Below, one piece after another: positions 7,491 to 16,627 of a stretch of 49,517 nt of DNA. The stretch covers positions 1-49,517 of IMG/VR virus record IMGVR_UViG_3300021086_000007. One strand, 5' to 3'. The first letter of the stretch is position 1; every line of letters begins with the position of its first letter. The translations under genes were made by a program, and so were the position numbers. The DNA is from a virus. Its lineage: Duplodnaviria; Caudoviricetes. Under the pieces are notes generated by a model. That model was not told the origin of the DNA. It was given only the letters and a program-made list of their open reading frames with translations, and ran no database searches.

Positions 7491-7702
7491 TGCCGGTTGC
7501 CCCCATGCTCCCTCCAGAGATGATGCCTAAGGGTTCGAGCCCGGCTTCGCCAACGAACTTCCTTATGGCCGCGGCGGATATGTCCAAGTCCGGTTCCCTT
7601 CCCGACGCGGCTCAGGGCCGTAGCATGCCATCCGGCCTCGCTCCGCGAATGCAGACAGGTAAGCCCCGAAGTCGCCGCGCCAAGTTGCAGGTCCTAAAAT
7701 GA
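7487..7702 (+). CDS. Small hypothetical protein
   Basis: Overlaps neighbouring stop and start codons on both sides. Confidence 0.55.
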   Translation: MMPVAPMLPPEMMPKGSSPASPTNFLMAAADMSKSGSLPDAAQGRSMPSGLAPRMQTGKPRSRRAKLQVLK

Positions 7703-9459
7703 ACGCCCTCGTCGACTGGCGCAGCTTCCAACGCAACACTGATCTCGCCTCTGAGCAAGACCAACGCCTCCGCTCGTTCCAACAAGGCCGCCTCCTAGGT
7801 CTGCGCAATAATAGATATAGCTGGTGGACCCACTGCCGCGAACTCGCGGACTTCATCCTCCCCCGCCGCTATAAATGGCTCATCACCCCCAACCAGATGA
7901 ATCGTGGGTCCCCCATCAATCAACACATTCTCGACTCCACCGGAACCCTTGCCGCACGCAACCTTGCCGCAGGGATGTTCTCTGGAACCTGCTCCCCAAC
8001 CCGTCCCTGGATCAAACTCAAAATCGGTCACATAGACTCCACTCAAACCTCTCCAACCTCCCTGTGGCTTGCCGAGTGCGAACGCCTCATGTACCTCATC
8101 TTCGCGGAATCAAACTTCTACACCGCGATGGCCATCTTCATGTTCGACCTTGTCGTTTTCGGCACAGCCGTTAACCTCATCTACGAAGACTTCGACAACG
8201 TCATTAACTGCATCAACCCTTGCTTCGGCGAATACTACGTTGACATTGACGGCAAGTACCGTCCCGTTATCTTCTACCGTGAGTTCACCTACACCATTGC
8301 TCAAGTCGTAGACGAGTTTGGGTGGGAAAACTGCTCTTCCATGATCCAGCAATTCTACGACCGCCGGGACGGAGCCGGGCTAACCCGAGAGGTCATCATC
8401 GCTCATGCCATTGAACCCAACACCGACCCGGAAAAGTACAGCATCCCCAAGCATTTTAAATATCGTGAGACCTACTGGGAGTGGGGAGGAGCTACCAATC
8501 CGCAGAGCGGTACAAGCTCTCGCGGTTTCCTTCGCAAGCGCGGTTTTAATGAGCGTGCTGCTATCATTGGACGCTGGGATTTGGTGGGAAACGACCCTTA
8601 TGGTCGTAGCGTTGGTATGGACGCTCTACCTGACATCAAACAACTCCAGCAAGAAACCCGGCGCAAAGCCCAAGGCATAGACAAAGGAATCAACCCCCCT
8701 CTGGTCGCTGACGTTCAACTCAAAAACCAACCTGCTTCATTATTGCCTGGTGGTATAACGTTTTTGCAAGGCATGATGTCCACCGGCAATGATGGCATGA
8801 AGCCTGCCTACGGCAATTGGAAACCAGACATCGCCTCTATCTCTGCCGATCTCGAAGAGGTCCGCAAACGCATTCGCGACACCTTCTTCAACAACCTCTT
8901 CAACGTTGCCTCTCAATTCGAAACACGCTCAAACATCACCGCTGTAGAATGGGACATGCGTAAGGCCGAGTCCCTAATCATGCTTGGCCCAGTCTTCCAA
9001 CGTCTCTACAACGAAGTCTTCACCCCAACTATCGACCGGGTTTGGGGCATTATGCTCCGCGCCAATATCCTTCCGGCTCCGCCACCTGAAGTTGCCGGTC
9101 AAAACATAGAGGTCAAATTCTCCTCGCTTCTGGAAATCTCCCAGAACGCCGCTCAAGCCGGTTCCATCGAACGCATGTTCCAGGTCACAGGACAGATCGC
9201 TGGAATCGACCCGGCCGCGACTGACAACCTCGACTTCGATATGGCCCTCGATATCTACTCCTCGCTGCTGAACAACTCTCCGAGGATCATTCGCAGTCCA
9301 GCCCAACTCACTGCAATCCGCCAGGCCCGGCAGCAGCAACAGCAAGCTCAAGCTCAAGCCCAGCAAGCTGAGACCATGACCAAGGCTGGCGTGAACGCCT
9401 CTCAAATCGATGTAGGTGGTGGGCAGAACCTTATACAGAGAATGATGGCTGGGAGCTAA
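7699..9459 (+). CDS. Portal (head-tail connector), BPP-1/T7-like family
   Basis: 586 aa. ILDSTGTLAARNLAAGM, DLVVFGTA, RW...DPYGRS...ALPDIKQLQ, ITAVE...LGPV..RL, and a Gln-rich C-terminal barrel. Confidence 0.95.
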   Translation: MNALVDWRSFQRNTDLASEQDQRLRSFQQGRLLGLRNNRYSWWTHCRELADFILPRRYKWLITPNQMNRGSPINQHILDSTGTLAARNLAAGMFSGTCSPTRPWIKLKIGHIDSTQTSPTSLWLAECERLMYLIFAESNFYTAMAIFMFDLVVFGTAVNLIYEDFDNVINCINPCFGEYYVDIDGKYRPVIFYREFTYTIAQVVDEFGWENCSSMIQQFYDRRDGAGLTREVIIAHAIEPNTDPEKYSIPKHFKYRETYWEWGGATNPQSGTSSRGFLRKRGFNERAAIIGRWDLVGNDPYGRSVGMDALPDIKQLQQETRRKAQGIDKGINPPLVADVQLKNQPASLLPGGITFLQGMMSTGNDGMKPAYGNWKPDIASISADLEEVRKRIRDTFFNNLFNVASQFETRSNITAVEWDMRKAESLIMLGPVFQRLYNEVFTPTIDRVWGIMLRANILPAPPPEVAGQNIEVKFSSLLEISQNAAQAGSIERMFQVTGQIAGIDPAATDNLDFDMALDIYSSLLNNSPRIIRSPAQLTAIRQARQQQQQAQAQAQQAETMTKAGVNASQIDVGGGQNLIQRMMAGS

Positions 9460-9463
9460 AACC

Positions 9464-9679
9464 ATGCTGGGAAAACAGCCTTTAGGAATGGTCGAAATTG
9501 AAGGCATCATATATAATATCATCAGCTTCATGGGAGATGATGGAGAGGATACTACAAGTGATCAGGCCAGTGTGTTACTTTTACAAAAGCCGGAAGAAGC
9601 AAGGCCTGCAGGTACGAAGCAAAAATATAAAGCCGTTAGAATTAAAAAAGGATCTGTGACAGTGGAGCTCCGCCAATGA
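9464..9679 (+). CDS. Small AT-rich hypothetical protein inserted after the portal
   Basis: 71-aa ORF, visibly lower GC than its flanks, ATGA-coupled to the next gene. Confidence 0.55.
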   Translation: MLGKQPLGMVEIEGIIYNIISFMGDDGEDTTSDQASVLLLQKPEEARPAGTKQKYKAVRIKKGSVTVELRQ

Positions 9680-10119
9680 CCTATGACGGCTCCAATCGCA
9701 AACATATCCGTCAAGCCGAGAAGTCCGCGGCTATCGCCGATAACGAGCGAAAGCTCTTCGTCGTTCACATCATGTCCACCCTCCCTGGCCGTGCCTGGAT
9801 GCACCAACTCCTTGCCTCATGCAATATCTTCCACACTCCCTTTGTCGCCGGCGCGTATGACATCACTGCTTTCAAATGTGGAAGCCAGAACATAGGCCTC
9901 CAACTCTTCGCTGACGTTCACGCCTCATCCCCGCGTGAGTACGTCCTAATGATGCAAGAAGCCCAATCCAAAGAGGTAGCAAATGACCGACGTTACAGTG
10001 ACGACCGAGTCCCCGCCACAGGGCAACCAGCCGGAGGTGAGAGCCTCGGACGGGACGTTGAAGGATCAGCCGCTTCCGATTACGACCCCTACGCCTCCGG
10101 AGAAGACTCCATCCACTGA
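9676..10119 (+). CDS. Bbp19-like head-module protein
   Basis: MSTLPGRAWMHQLLASCNIFHT...TAFKCGSQNIGLQL...P.EYVLMMQE pattern, located between portal and scaffold. Confidence 0.75.
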   Translation: MTYDGSNRKHIRQAEKSAAIADNERKLFVVHIMSTLPGRAWMHQLLASCNIFHTPFVAGAYDITAFKCGSQNIGLQLFADVHASSPREYVLMMQEAQSKEVANDRRYSDDRVPATGQPAGGESLGRDVEGSAASDYDPYASGEDSIH

Positions 10120-10747
10120 AGAAGGGAAGTCATTCCTTAACGCCAAGGCTCAAGAGCCGCCAAAGGAAGAGCCAAAGCTCGACGCCGATGGAAAGCCTAT
10201 TGTCGAAGCTAAGAAAGAGGATGCTCCAAAGGAGGGAGCCCCAGAGAAGTATGCTGACTTCAAGGTCCCGGAAGGATTTAAGTTCGACCCAGTAGCCCTA
10301 ACTGAAGCTACCGCGACTTTCAAAGAACTTGGCCTCACTCAAGACCAAGCCCAGAAGCTGGTCGACACCTACTCCAAGGTTGGTCGCGAAGCTACCGAAG
10401 CCCCTTACAAAGCCTGGGCTAATCTCCAAAAGGAATGGATGTCCGACATCACCGACCGTTTCGGCTCAAAGTCAGAAGCCATCCGCACCGATATCTCCAA
10501 AGCCATAGACTCGGCCCTGCCCCCCTCTTTGGCCCGTTCATTCCGTTCTGCCCTCGATCTAACCGGAGCCGGCTCCAACCCAGACATTGTGGAAGCCCTC
10601 TCGATCATGTTCAAACCCTTCGTGGAAGGTGGATCGCTAAAGCCCGGTGGAATCTCCCCCGAAGCCAACAAAGCTCCAGGCGCATTAGATCGCCCAAGCC
10701 TTGCAGAAGCAATGTACCCGCACCTCGTGCCGAACCGCGGACAATGA
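9983..10747 (+). CDS. Capsid scaffolding/assembly protein
   Basis: P/E/K-rich N-terminus, APEKYADFKVPEG...FKELGLTQDQAQKLVD, G.NPDIV and C-terminal AEAMYP. GAGG RBS; precedes the capsid gene. Confidence 0.8.
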   Translation: MTDVTVTTESPPQGNQPEVRASDGTLKDQPLPITTPTPPEKTPSTEEGKSFLNAKAQEPPKEEPKLDADGKPIVEAKKEDAPKEGAPEKYADFKVPEGFKFDPVALTEATATFKELGLTQDQAQKLVDTYSKVGREATEAPYKAWANLQKEWMSDITDRFGSKSEAIRTDISKAIDSALPPSLARSFRSALDLTGAGSNPDIVEALSIMFKPFVEGGSLKPGGISPEANKAPGALDRPSLAEAMYPHLVPNRGQ

Positions 10748-10841
10748 AATCCTCCGCTCCACCGCATGGCGGTAGAACGGCAGTGCCCAGAGGAACCGAG
10801 GATGAGAATGAATCTTAACCCTCCATAAGGAACTCTGATAA

Positions 10842-11891
10842 ATGGCACAAGCAACTATCGGCACAACTGCCCTAACCTACGCCGACTGGGCAAAGCGTAT
10901 GGATGGCGGCTATAAAGTTGCCGCAATCATCGAACTATTGTCTCAAACAAATGAAATGCTCGATGACATGATGGTCGTCGAAGGCAATCTCCCGACCGGT
11001 CACAAAACCACCGTCCGCACCGGCATCCCACAAGCCACTTGGCGCCTCCTCAACACTGGTGTCCCTAATGCCAAGTCCACTACGTCTCAACTCATCGAAG
11101 CCTGTGGCAACCTTGAAACCTACTCAGTTATTGACAAAGACATCGCTGATCTGAATGGCAACACTCCTGAGTTCCGGCTCTCTGAATCGAGGGCTTTCCT
11201 TGAAGGCATGTCTCAACAGGTTGCCTCCACCCTCGTCTATGGCAATCAGTTCGCCAACCCTGAGCGTTTCACCGGTTGGGCGCCGCGCTACTCTACTAAA
11301 ACCACAGCGAACTCTCAAACCGCCAACAACGTCCTTGATGGTGGCGGTACCTCTTCCACCAACACCTCTATCTGGGTGATGACTTGGGGTACCGATACCA
11401 ATCACGCCATCTTCCCTAAAGGTAAACTTGCCGGTCTCCAACAGCGTGACATGGGTGAGTGGCCCGTGGCCGATTCCGTAGGCAACACCTACCAAGCCTA
11501 TCGCGAACACTTCAAATGGGAAATCGGCTTTGCTCAGCGGGACTGGCGCTACATGGCGCGGATCTGCAACGTCGATGTCACTCAACTAACCGGTGTCTCG
11601 GCCGCGAACCTGATCAACCTCCTCGTCCGCGCCCTATACCGCCTCCCAACTGCCCCTGTCTCCGCCACTACTATACAGACGAGTGACACCCCCGCAGTCC
11701 GCGCCGATATGGGCCGTACTGTAATCTACTGCAACCGCATCATCCGGACTTACCTTGACCTCCAAGCGATGAACAAAACCAACGTCCTGCTTCGCATTGA
11801 AGAGTTCAACGGCAAACCCATCACTACCTTCCGTGGCATTCCGATCCGAACCGTTGACGCGGTTTTATCAAACGAAGCCCAAGTAGTTTAA
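10842..11891 (+). CDS. Major capsid protein (BPP-1 Bbp17-like, HK97 fold)
   Basis: TYADWAKR...IIELLSQTNEMLDDM..EGNLPTGHKTTVRTG.P..WR...DWRY..RICN.D...FRGIPIR.VDA.L.NEA. AAGGA RBS. Confidence 0.95.
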   Translation: MAQATIGTTALTYADWAKRMDGGYKVAAIIELLSQTNEMLDDMMVVEGNLPTGHKTTVRTGIPQATWRLLNTGVPNAKSTTSQLIEACGNLETYSVIDKDIADLNGNTPEFRLSESRAFLEGMSQQVASTLVYGNQFANPERFTGWAPRYSTKTTANSQTANNVLDGGGTSSTNTSIWVMTWGTDTNHAIFPKGKLAGLQQRDMGEWPVADSVGNTYQAYREHFKWEIGFAQRDWRYMARICNVDVTQLTGVSAANLINLLVRALYRLPTAPVSATTIQTSDTPAVRADMGRTVIYCNRIIRTYLDLQAMNKTNVLLRIEEFNGKPITTFRGIPIRTVDAVLSNEAQVV

Positions 11892-11902
11892 GGAGAACTG
11901 AC

Positions 11903-12466
11903 ATGATCCTCGATGGACTTCTGCAATTCACCGGCAACTCTCGTGGTGCGACTGTCACTGGCACAGTCACGCCATCCAATGCCACAAACGATGTGATGAC
12001 GGCTTCTGGGTCTTCAAGCAATATCATCGATCTTGGCATTGTAGGCCTGCCCCTCTCCGCCTCAGGTGGCGGCGCTCGCGATATCGGTATCGGCGATGAT
12101 CCAGCGATGAAGCTTTTGGTGCAGGTAGCCGTTGCCTTCGCTGGCGGCACCTCCCTGCAAATCAACGCTCAAGGTGCACCGGACAACGGTTCTGGCGCCC
12201 CTGGTACCTTCGTCATCTACGCTTCTGGTCCGGTTGTTACCTTGGCCAATCTCATTGTTGGAGCGCGGCTCTTCGACGTTGACTGGCCACGCCCTGCCTT
12301 AGACTTCCCTCCCCCACGCTTCATCCAGCTTGGCTACGTAGTTGCTGGTACCATGTCTGGTGGCGGTGCAGTCCAGGGCTACCTCGTCCTCGACCGTCAC
12401 GACCTTCCCGCAAACGCGAACGCAGTTCTCGGCGGCTATCCCGCCGGGATCAATATCGCAAACTGA
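11903..12466 (+). CDS. Capsid cement/decoration protein (Bbp16-like)
   Basis: MILD.LL.F...S.NIIDLG...RDIG.G...RF.QLGYVV, directly after the major capsid gene. Confidence 0.85.
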   Translation: MILDGLLQFTGNSRGATVTGTVTPSNATNDVMTASGSSSNIIDLGIVGLPLSASGGGARDIGIGDDPAMKLLVQVAVAFAGGTSLQINAQGAPDNGSGAPGTFVIYASGPVVTLANLIVGARLFDVDWPRPALDFPPPRFIQLGYVVAGTMSGGGAVQGYLVLDRHDLPANANAVLGGYPAGINIAN

Positions 12467-12477
12467 GGGCGCAGCCA

Positions 12478-12954
12478 ATGACCAAATTCCGAACACTTCT
12501 GGCGGGGGCCCTTTTGGCCCTTGCCTGCGTTGGCCTTGTGTGGGCCCAACAGATCATCTCTACAACTCTTACAGGCAACGAAGTAATTGTTGCCGCAACT
12601 GGCGGGCCTGGTGGTTCATCCTTATTCATCCCAGTCGGTGAACTCCGAAACGCCACCGCGATGAAGACCTTCTCTGGTGCTGGTGCTCAAACCTATCAGA
12701 TGCTACCTTCAGACAGTACCTTGTTCTGGATTGGTACAGCCCCAACCACCTGGACCATCACTACTCCTGTAGCTCCATACGATGGACAAATCCTCCAGAT
12801 AGCCACAGATACAACCTTGACCACTTTGGTGACCGTAACTCCTGCAACAGGACAAACTCTCCAAGCTGCCTTCAGCGCCCAAACGGTCACGTCAGGCACC
12901 TCCATAGAATGGGTATACACCATAAGTACAACTAAGTGGCAGAGGCTGCGGTGA
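12478..12954 (+). CDS. Signal-peptide-bearing, Thr-rich beta-strand protein in the virion cluster
   Basis: MTKFRTLLAGALLALACVGLVWA/Q is a Sec-type leader (n, h and V-x-A regions). The C-terminal ITTP.AP.DGQ...W.R resembles fibre/spike modules. Confidence 0.75.
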   Translation: MTKFRTLLAGALLALACVGLVWAQQIISTTLTGNEVIVAATGGPGGSSLFIPVGELRNATAMKTFSGAGAQTYQMLPSDSTLFWIGTAPTTWTITTPVAPYDGQILQIATDTTLTTLVTVTPATGQTLQAAFSAQTVTSGTSIEWVYTISTTKWQRLR

Positions 12955-13364
12955 TGCGTAAGCTCAGCATTGCACTCCTCCTTCTGCTTGCGTTTACCAG
13001 CGTAGCGAAAGCAGAAAACACCGTTGGCCCTTCCGCCCAAATCCTCTGCAACAAGGTCGCTAACGTCGCCATTGGGCCAACTACCGCAACCCAAATTGTC
13101 GCAGGCGTAGCTGGTCAATCCATATTTATCTGTGGCTACCAAGTCAGCAATACAGGCGCAACTGGCAGCTTCACCTTTATCTCTGGTACCGGTTCCACAT
13201 GTACCACCCCAACCACTATTATCACCCCACAGAACGTCACTTCCACGGCTCCAGCGACCTACAATGTTGGCGTGGCTCAGATGCAAGTCGTTCAAGGTGC
13301 CACTCTCTGTGTGACCCCAAGCGTAGCCACAATCGCTACCACTGTTTGGTTTTCTCAATTCTAG
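12954..13364 (+). CDS. Signal-peptide-bearing beta-sandwich protein with four Cys
   Basis: MRKLSIALLLLLAFTSVAKA/EN with an A-x-A cleavage site. TGATG coupling places the start at 12954. Confidence 0.75.
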   Translation: MRKLSIALLLLLAFTSVAKAENTVGPSAQILCNKVANVAIGPTTATQIVAGVAGQSIFICGYQVSNTGATGSFTFISGTGSTCTTPTTIITPQNVTSTAPATYNVGVAQMQVVQGATLCVTPSVATIATTVWFSQF

Positions 13365-13377
13365 AAAGGACCCTCTC

Positions 13378-14052
13378 ATGGCAAGATGGAAACTAACCGA
13401 ACCTCACTACCTCAATGTCCCTTCTTCCCGGTGGGAACAAACCGCTATAGACGGTCGCACCGGTAAGCCCGCCCGGAAGATGTTCAAAGTTCCAATGCAT
13501 CTTGACCCCCGCACCGCGGATGACTGGAACTTCAAATATCCCAACAATGAAATGGATGGTGAAGTCCATGTCTGTTGGGAGGGCAAAGGCCTCTCTCACG
13601 ATATTGTCTTTGAAGGCAACCCCACCCCAGGAATGCTCCCTTTAGACAAAGAAGCTGAAATCGAAACTGCTAAATACAACTGGACGCCCACTCAAGGCAT
13701 TGACGACGAATCTCAACGGGCTGGTTTCTTCGCTCGACTCGGCGATGACTTGATCAATCAAATGACCGATCTCAAAGCTGTAGCAGCATCTCAACAACAG
13801 ACCCATGGCGTGGACAAAGTCCTTGAGGCGATGGCCTCAATGATGGAGCAGAATCAGCAGATTCTTGCGGCCTTGGCTGGAAGGGTCCTACCAGAGCCTG
13901 AAGGTCTAATTCGAAAGGTTGACGAGGAAGAACCTCTAGGCGAAGCCGAACCAACTGAGGAGGAACTGGCTGAAGCCTCACGCATCGCCATTGAGAAGGA
14001 AGCCGCTTCCAACGTCAAAGCCCATGCACACGTCTCAGGAAGGAGACTCTGA
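13378..14052 (+). CDS. Hypothetical virion-cluster protein (N-terminal W/RL..HY...PT..M.PL domain, acidic coiled tail)
   Basis: 224-aa ORF with GAAAGGA RBS. Confidence 0.75.
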   Translation: MARWKLTEPHYLNVPSSRWEQTAIDGRTGKPARKMFKVPMHLDPRTADDWNFKYPNNEMDGEVHVCWEGKGLSHDIVFEGNPTPGMLPLDKEAEIETAKYNWTPTQGIDDESQRAGFFARLGDDLINQMTDLKAVAASQQQTHGVDKVLEAMASMMEQNQQILAALAGRVLPEPEGLIRKVDEEEPLGEAEPTEEELAEASRIAIEKEAASNVKAHAHVSGRRL

Positions 14053-14540
14053 TGGCTCGCTACGCAGTGTCTAACGTTCTTGCTGGTGCGGAACAAGCCC
14101 TCTCCACCACTTACAAAACTCAAATCGTTACCACAGCCGCGACTGGTGCCACCACCTTGCGTCGCGGCTGGATTGACGAAATCGAAGTTGGTGCTGATGG
14201 TGCCGCAGTCTCGACTGATTGCCAAATCGTCTGGGCTTGGCAGCAACAAACTGCTGCAGGCACTGTCACCGCTGCAACCCCAAATCCAACACCCGACGGT
14301 GCTGATGCCGCTGCGCTTCTAACCTACGGCATCAACGCAACTGCTGAAGGTACCTACGCTATCACTTCCACCCTCCTTGCCTTCTCCACCAATCAGCGCC
14401 AATCTCAACGTGTAGCTTTCGCTGACTTCCGTCTAACGCCGTTGATCATCCCAGCGGTTAACTTAAAAGGCATCGCTCTAACTGCTAAAAGCACGAACTA
14501 CAACTCAACCGTGGTGGCACAAGAATATGTAGTCGAGTAG
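14052..14540 (+). CDS. Putative virion decoration protein (Ala/Thr-rich beta protein)
   Basis: Coupled ORF with composition typical of structural beta-sandwich proteins. Confidence 0.7.
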   Translation: MARYAVSNVLAGAEQALSTTYKTQIVTTAATGATTLRRGWIDEIEVGADGAAVSTDCQIVWAWQQQTAAGTVTAATPNPTPDGADAAALLTYGINATAEGTYAITSTLLAFSTNQRQSQRVAFADFRLTPLIIPAVNLKGIALTAKSTNYNSTVVAQEYVVE

Positions 14541-14543
14541 CCC

Positions 14544-14834
14544 GTGGCAATTGCTTGGACAATCAGACATAACTACGGTTCGGATCGTCCCGACTACGAG
14601 GCGGACCTTCTAGTCTGTCGGCATTGTGGTAAGACTATATTCATGTGCGATGCCATCACTAAAAAGCCACTTCCCGCCTCAGCCGTTGCGGAACGTTGCA
14701 ATGTCTGTGACAAGGATATCTGTGGCCGCTGCAAGATTAAGCTAAACAGCGGTGAGATATGTTCTTACTTCCGCGACCGCATCGATTGGGAAGAATTTGA
14801 ATTTGCAAACAGGATGAGACTTGGCAATGTGTGA
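14544..14834 (+). CDS. Cys-rich zinc-finger protein
   Basis: CRHC...CNVC....CGRC...C. Confidence 0.7.
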   Translation: MAIAWTIRHNYGSDRPDYEADLLVCRHCGKTIFMCDAITKKPLPASAVAERCNVCDKDICGRCKIKLNSGEICSYFRDRIDWEEFEFANRMRLGNV

Positions 14835-15180
14835 ACATGACCCAATCGAGCAGATCCGGGGCCAGATGGCTCAGGGTGATTATTTCGATGCTGTTACGAA
14901 TAGCCTTGATGAGGCAAAGAATGCACGCCTGACAGACAACTATCATCTTGACGTTTATATCGATGACGACAACAAATTAGACAGGCGTATCGTTTGTCGC
15001 AGATGTTTCCTCTCCACTGGATGGATGAAAGTCGACTTCGTCGGCGCACCAGCAGGCATCGGTATTCCTGGCGTTGCAGCCAAATGGAGCGAAATCAAAC
15101 ATCACGACCCTGAAAGCTACAACGCCTTTCTTCGAGCCAGTGGGCGAAAGACAACGCTGGTCAACTTTGGAGATAAATAA
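14827..15180 (+). CDS. Hypothetical protein (CEH...CxxC)
   Basis: Overlapping, coupled ORF. Confidence 0.6.
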   Translation: MCEHDPIEQIRGQMAQGDYFDAVTNSLDEAKNARLTDNYHLDVYIDDDNKLDRRIVCRRCFLSTGWMKVDFVGAPAGIGIPGVAAKWSEIKHHDPESYNAFLRASGRKTTLVNFGDK

Positions 15181-15746
15181 TGTCAGGTGGTCCAGCACTA
15201 TCATTTCAAGAATGCCTAATCACTTCGCAGGTTGATGGCACGGCTCTGACTAACACAATCACGGCCACCAGCCTCATCCCCCCAGCTGCTAAGTTCACGC
15301 TGCCATCGAACTTCTTCTGGGTTCCAGGCAAATCTATAAGAGTTAGTGCACGGGGTCGAATATCCACTTTAACGGCTGCCCCCGGCACCCTTACTCTTGA
15401 TGTTCGTCTAGGTACAGCTGTCGTGTTTAACGGTGGGGCTATGAGTCTCAACACTACGGCCCAAACAAACGACACCTGGGAATTTGAATCAATCCTAACA
15501 TGTCGTGCTATTGGCTCCGGCAGCAGCGCTAATATCTTGGGGATTGGTTCTTGGACCAGCGCCGCTGCCTTAGGTGCGGCGGCCGGTATCGCTGAAAGTC
15601 TAATGCTACCTGCTACGGCCCCTGCTGTTGGAACCGGTTTTGACTCCACCGCCACCAACGTCGTCGACTTCTTCGGTACATGGTCCACAGCCAGCGCTTC
15701 CAATTCCATTCTAGTTCATCAGTACTCTCTTGAAAGTCTCAACTAA
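15180..15746 (+). CDS. Putative virion structural protein (beta-sandwich)
   Basis: T/A/S/G-rich 188 aa, coupled, GGAG RBS. Confidence 0.7.
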   Translation: MSGGPALSFQECLITSQVDGTALTNTITATSLIPPAAKFTLPSNFFWVPGKSIRVSARGRISTLTAAPGTLTLDVRLGTAVVFNGGAMSLNTTAQTNDTWEFESILTCRAIGSGSSANILGIGSWTSAAALGAAAGIAESLMLPATAPAVGTGFDSTATNVVDFFGTWSTASASNSILVHQYSLESLN

Positions 15747-16120
15747 TGGCCACACAACAATCCCAAGCAATACAAGTCGCGAACCAGCTAATGTCGCTAT
15801 CGCAACAGTTGCTGAGCATCTATCAGCAAATGCTGACCCTCGACGCAGCGTGGACCGATGACGCAGTGGCAACAGTCGTTGCTGCGATGGCCACTACTGC
15901 CCTCAACGCAGATGGCTCCTCCGGTGCGGCTGATGGCGCCCCAAACGTCGCTCACCCAATCAGTCTAACTACCTACCCAACTCTATCTCGTGCGGTGTCG
16001 TCCAACCAAATCGCGCAGGCCAAAACCATCATGGACGGCATCGTCGCTTATGTCGGTGGCCAAGCCGTTACAACTCAAGCTGGAGCAAGGGCGATCCTTA
16101 ACGCTGTTTCAGGAGGATAA
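15746..16120 (+). CDS. Putative virion structural protein (helical, Ala/Gln-rich)
   Basis: Coupled ORF within the structural block. Confidence 0.7.
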   Translation: MATQQSQAIQVANQLMSLSQQLLSIYQQMLTLDAAWTDDAVATVVAAMATTALNADGSSGAADGAPNVAHPISLTTYPTLSRAVSSNQIAQAKTIMDGIVAYVGGQAVTTQAGARAILNAVSGG

Positions 16121-16123
16121 ACC

Positions 16124-16618
16124 GTGGCCACTAACTTCCTTGAAGCCGCCGGTACTAGTGGTTTCATCACAACCCCGGTCACGTTGATGACCACTGAGCT
16201 AAATACGTTGGCCTCAACTGCTAATGTTATCTCTAGCGTTGGCGGTACTTCTGGTGTATTCACGCAATCAAGCTTCGCCAATGGCATCTGGGGCCAAGTC
16301 CATTTTCTAGCTGGCGGTGCTTTTTCCGGCACACCTGCGGCTGGAGCATTTCTCGAAGGCTGGTTCATCTATTCCCCTGACGGTGGCACCTCTTTCGAAA
16401 AGGCCAATTACGCTTCCGCCGTTGATCTCCCTCGACCTCCAGACTTCATCATTCCTTTCGCTGCTGTTGCTGTTGCCGCGAATGATGTCTATGCCGCTTC
16501 AGGAATAACTCGCCTTCCATGGTGGTCAACGAAACTTTACATTGGAAATCGAACTGGTTTTAATTTGGCCGCCAGTGGGAATATAATAAAAGTGGGTCCA
16601 GTCGCCGTTCAATATTAA
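16124..16618 (+). CDS. Putative virion decoration protein
   Basis: AGGAGG RBS; beta-rich, SPDGGTSFE...N.TG. Confidence 0.7.
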   Translation: MATNFLEAAGTSGFITTPVTLMTTELNTLASTANVISSVGGTSGVFTQSSFANGIWGQVHFLAGGAFSGTPAAGAFLEGWFIYSPDGGTSFEKANYASAVDLPRPPDFIIPFAAVAVAANDVYAASGITRLPWWSTKLYIGNRTGFNLAASGNIIKVGPVAVQY

Positions 16619-16627
16619 GAACCATCG

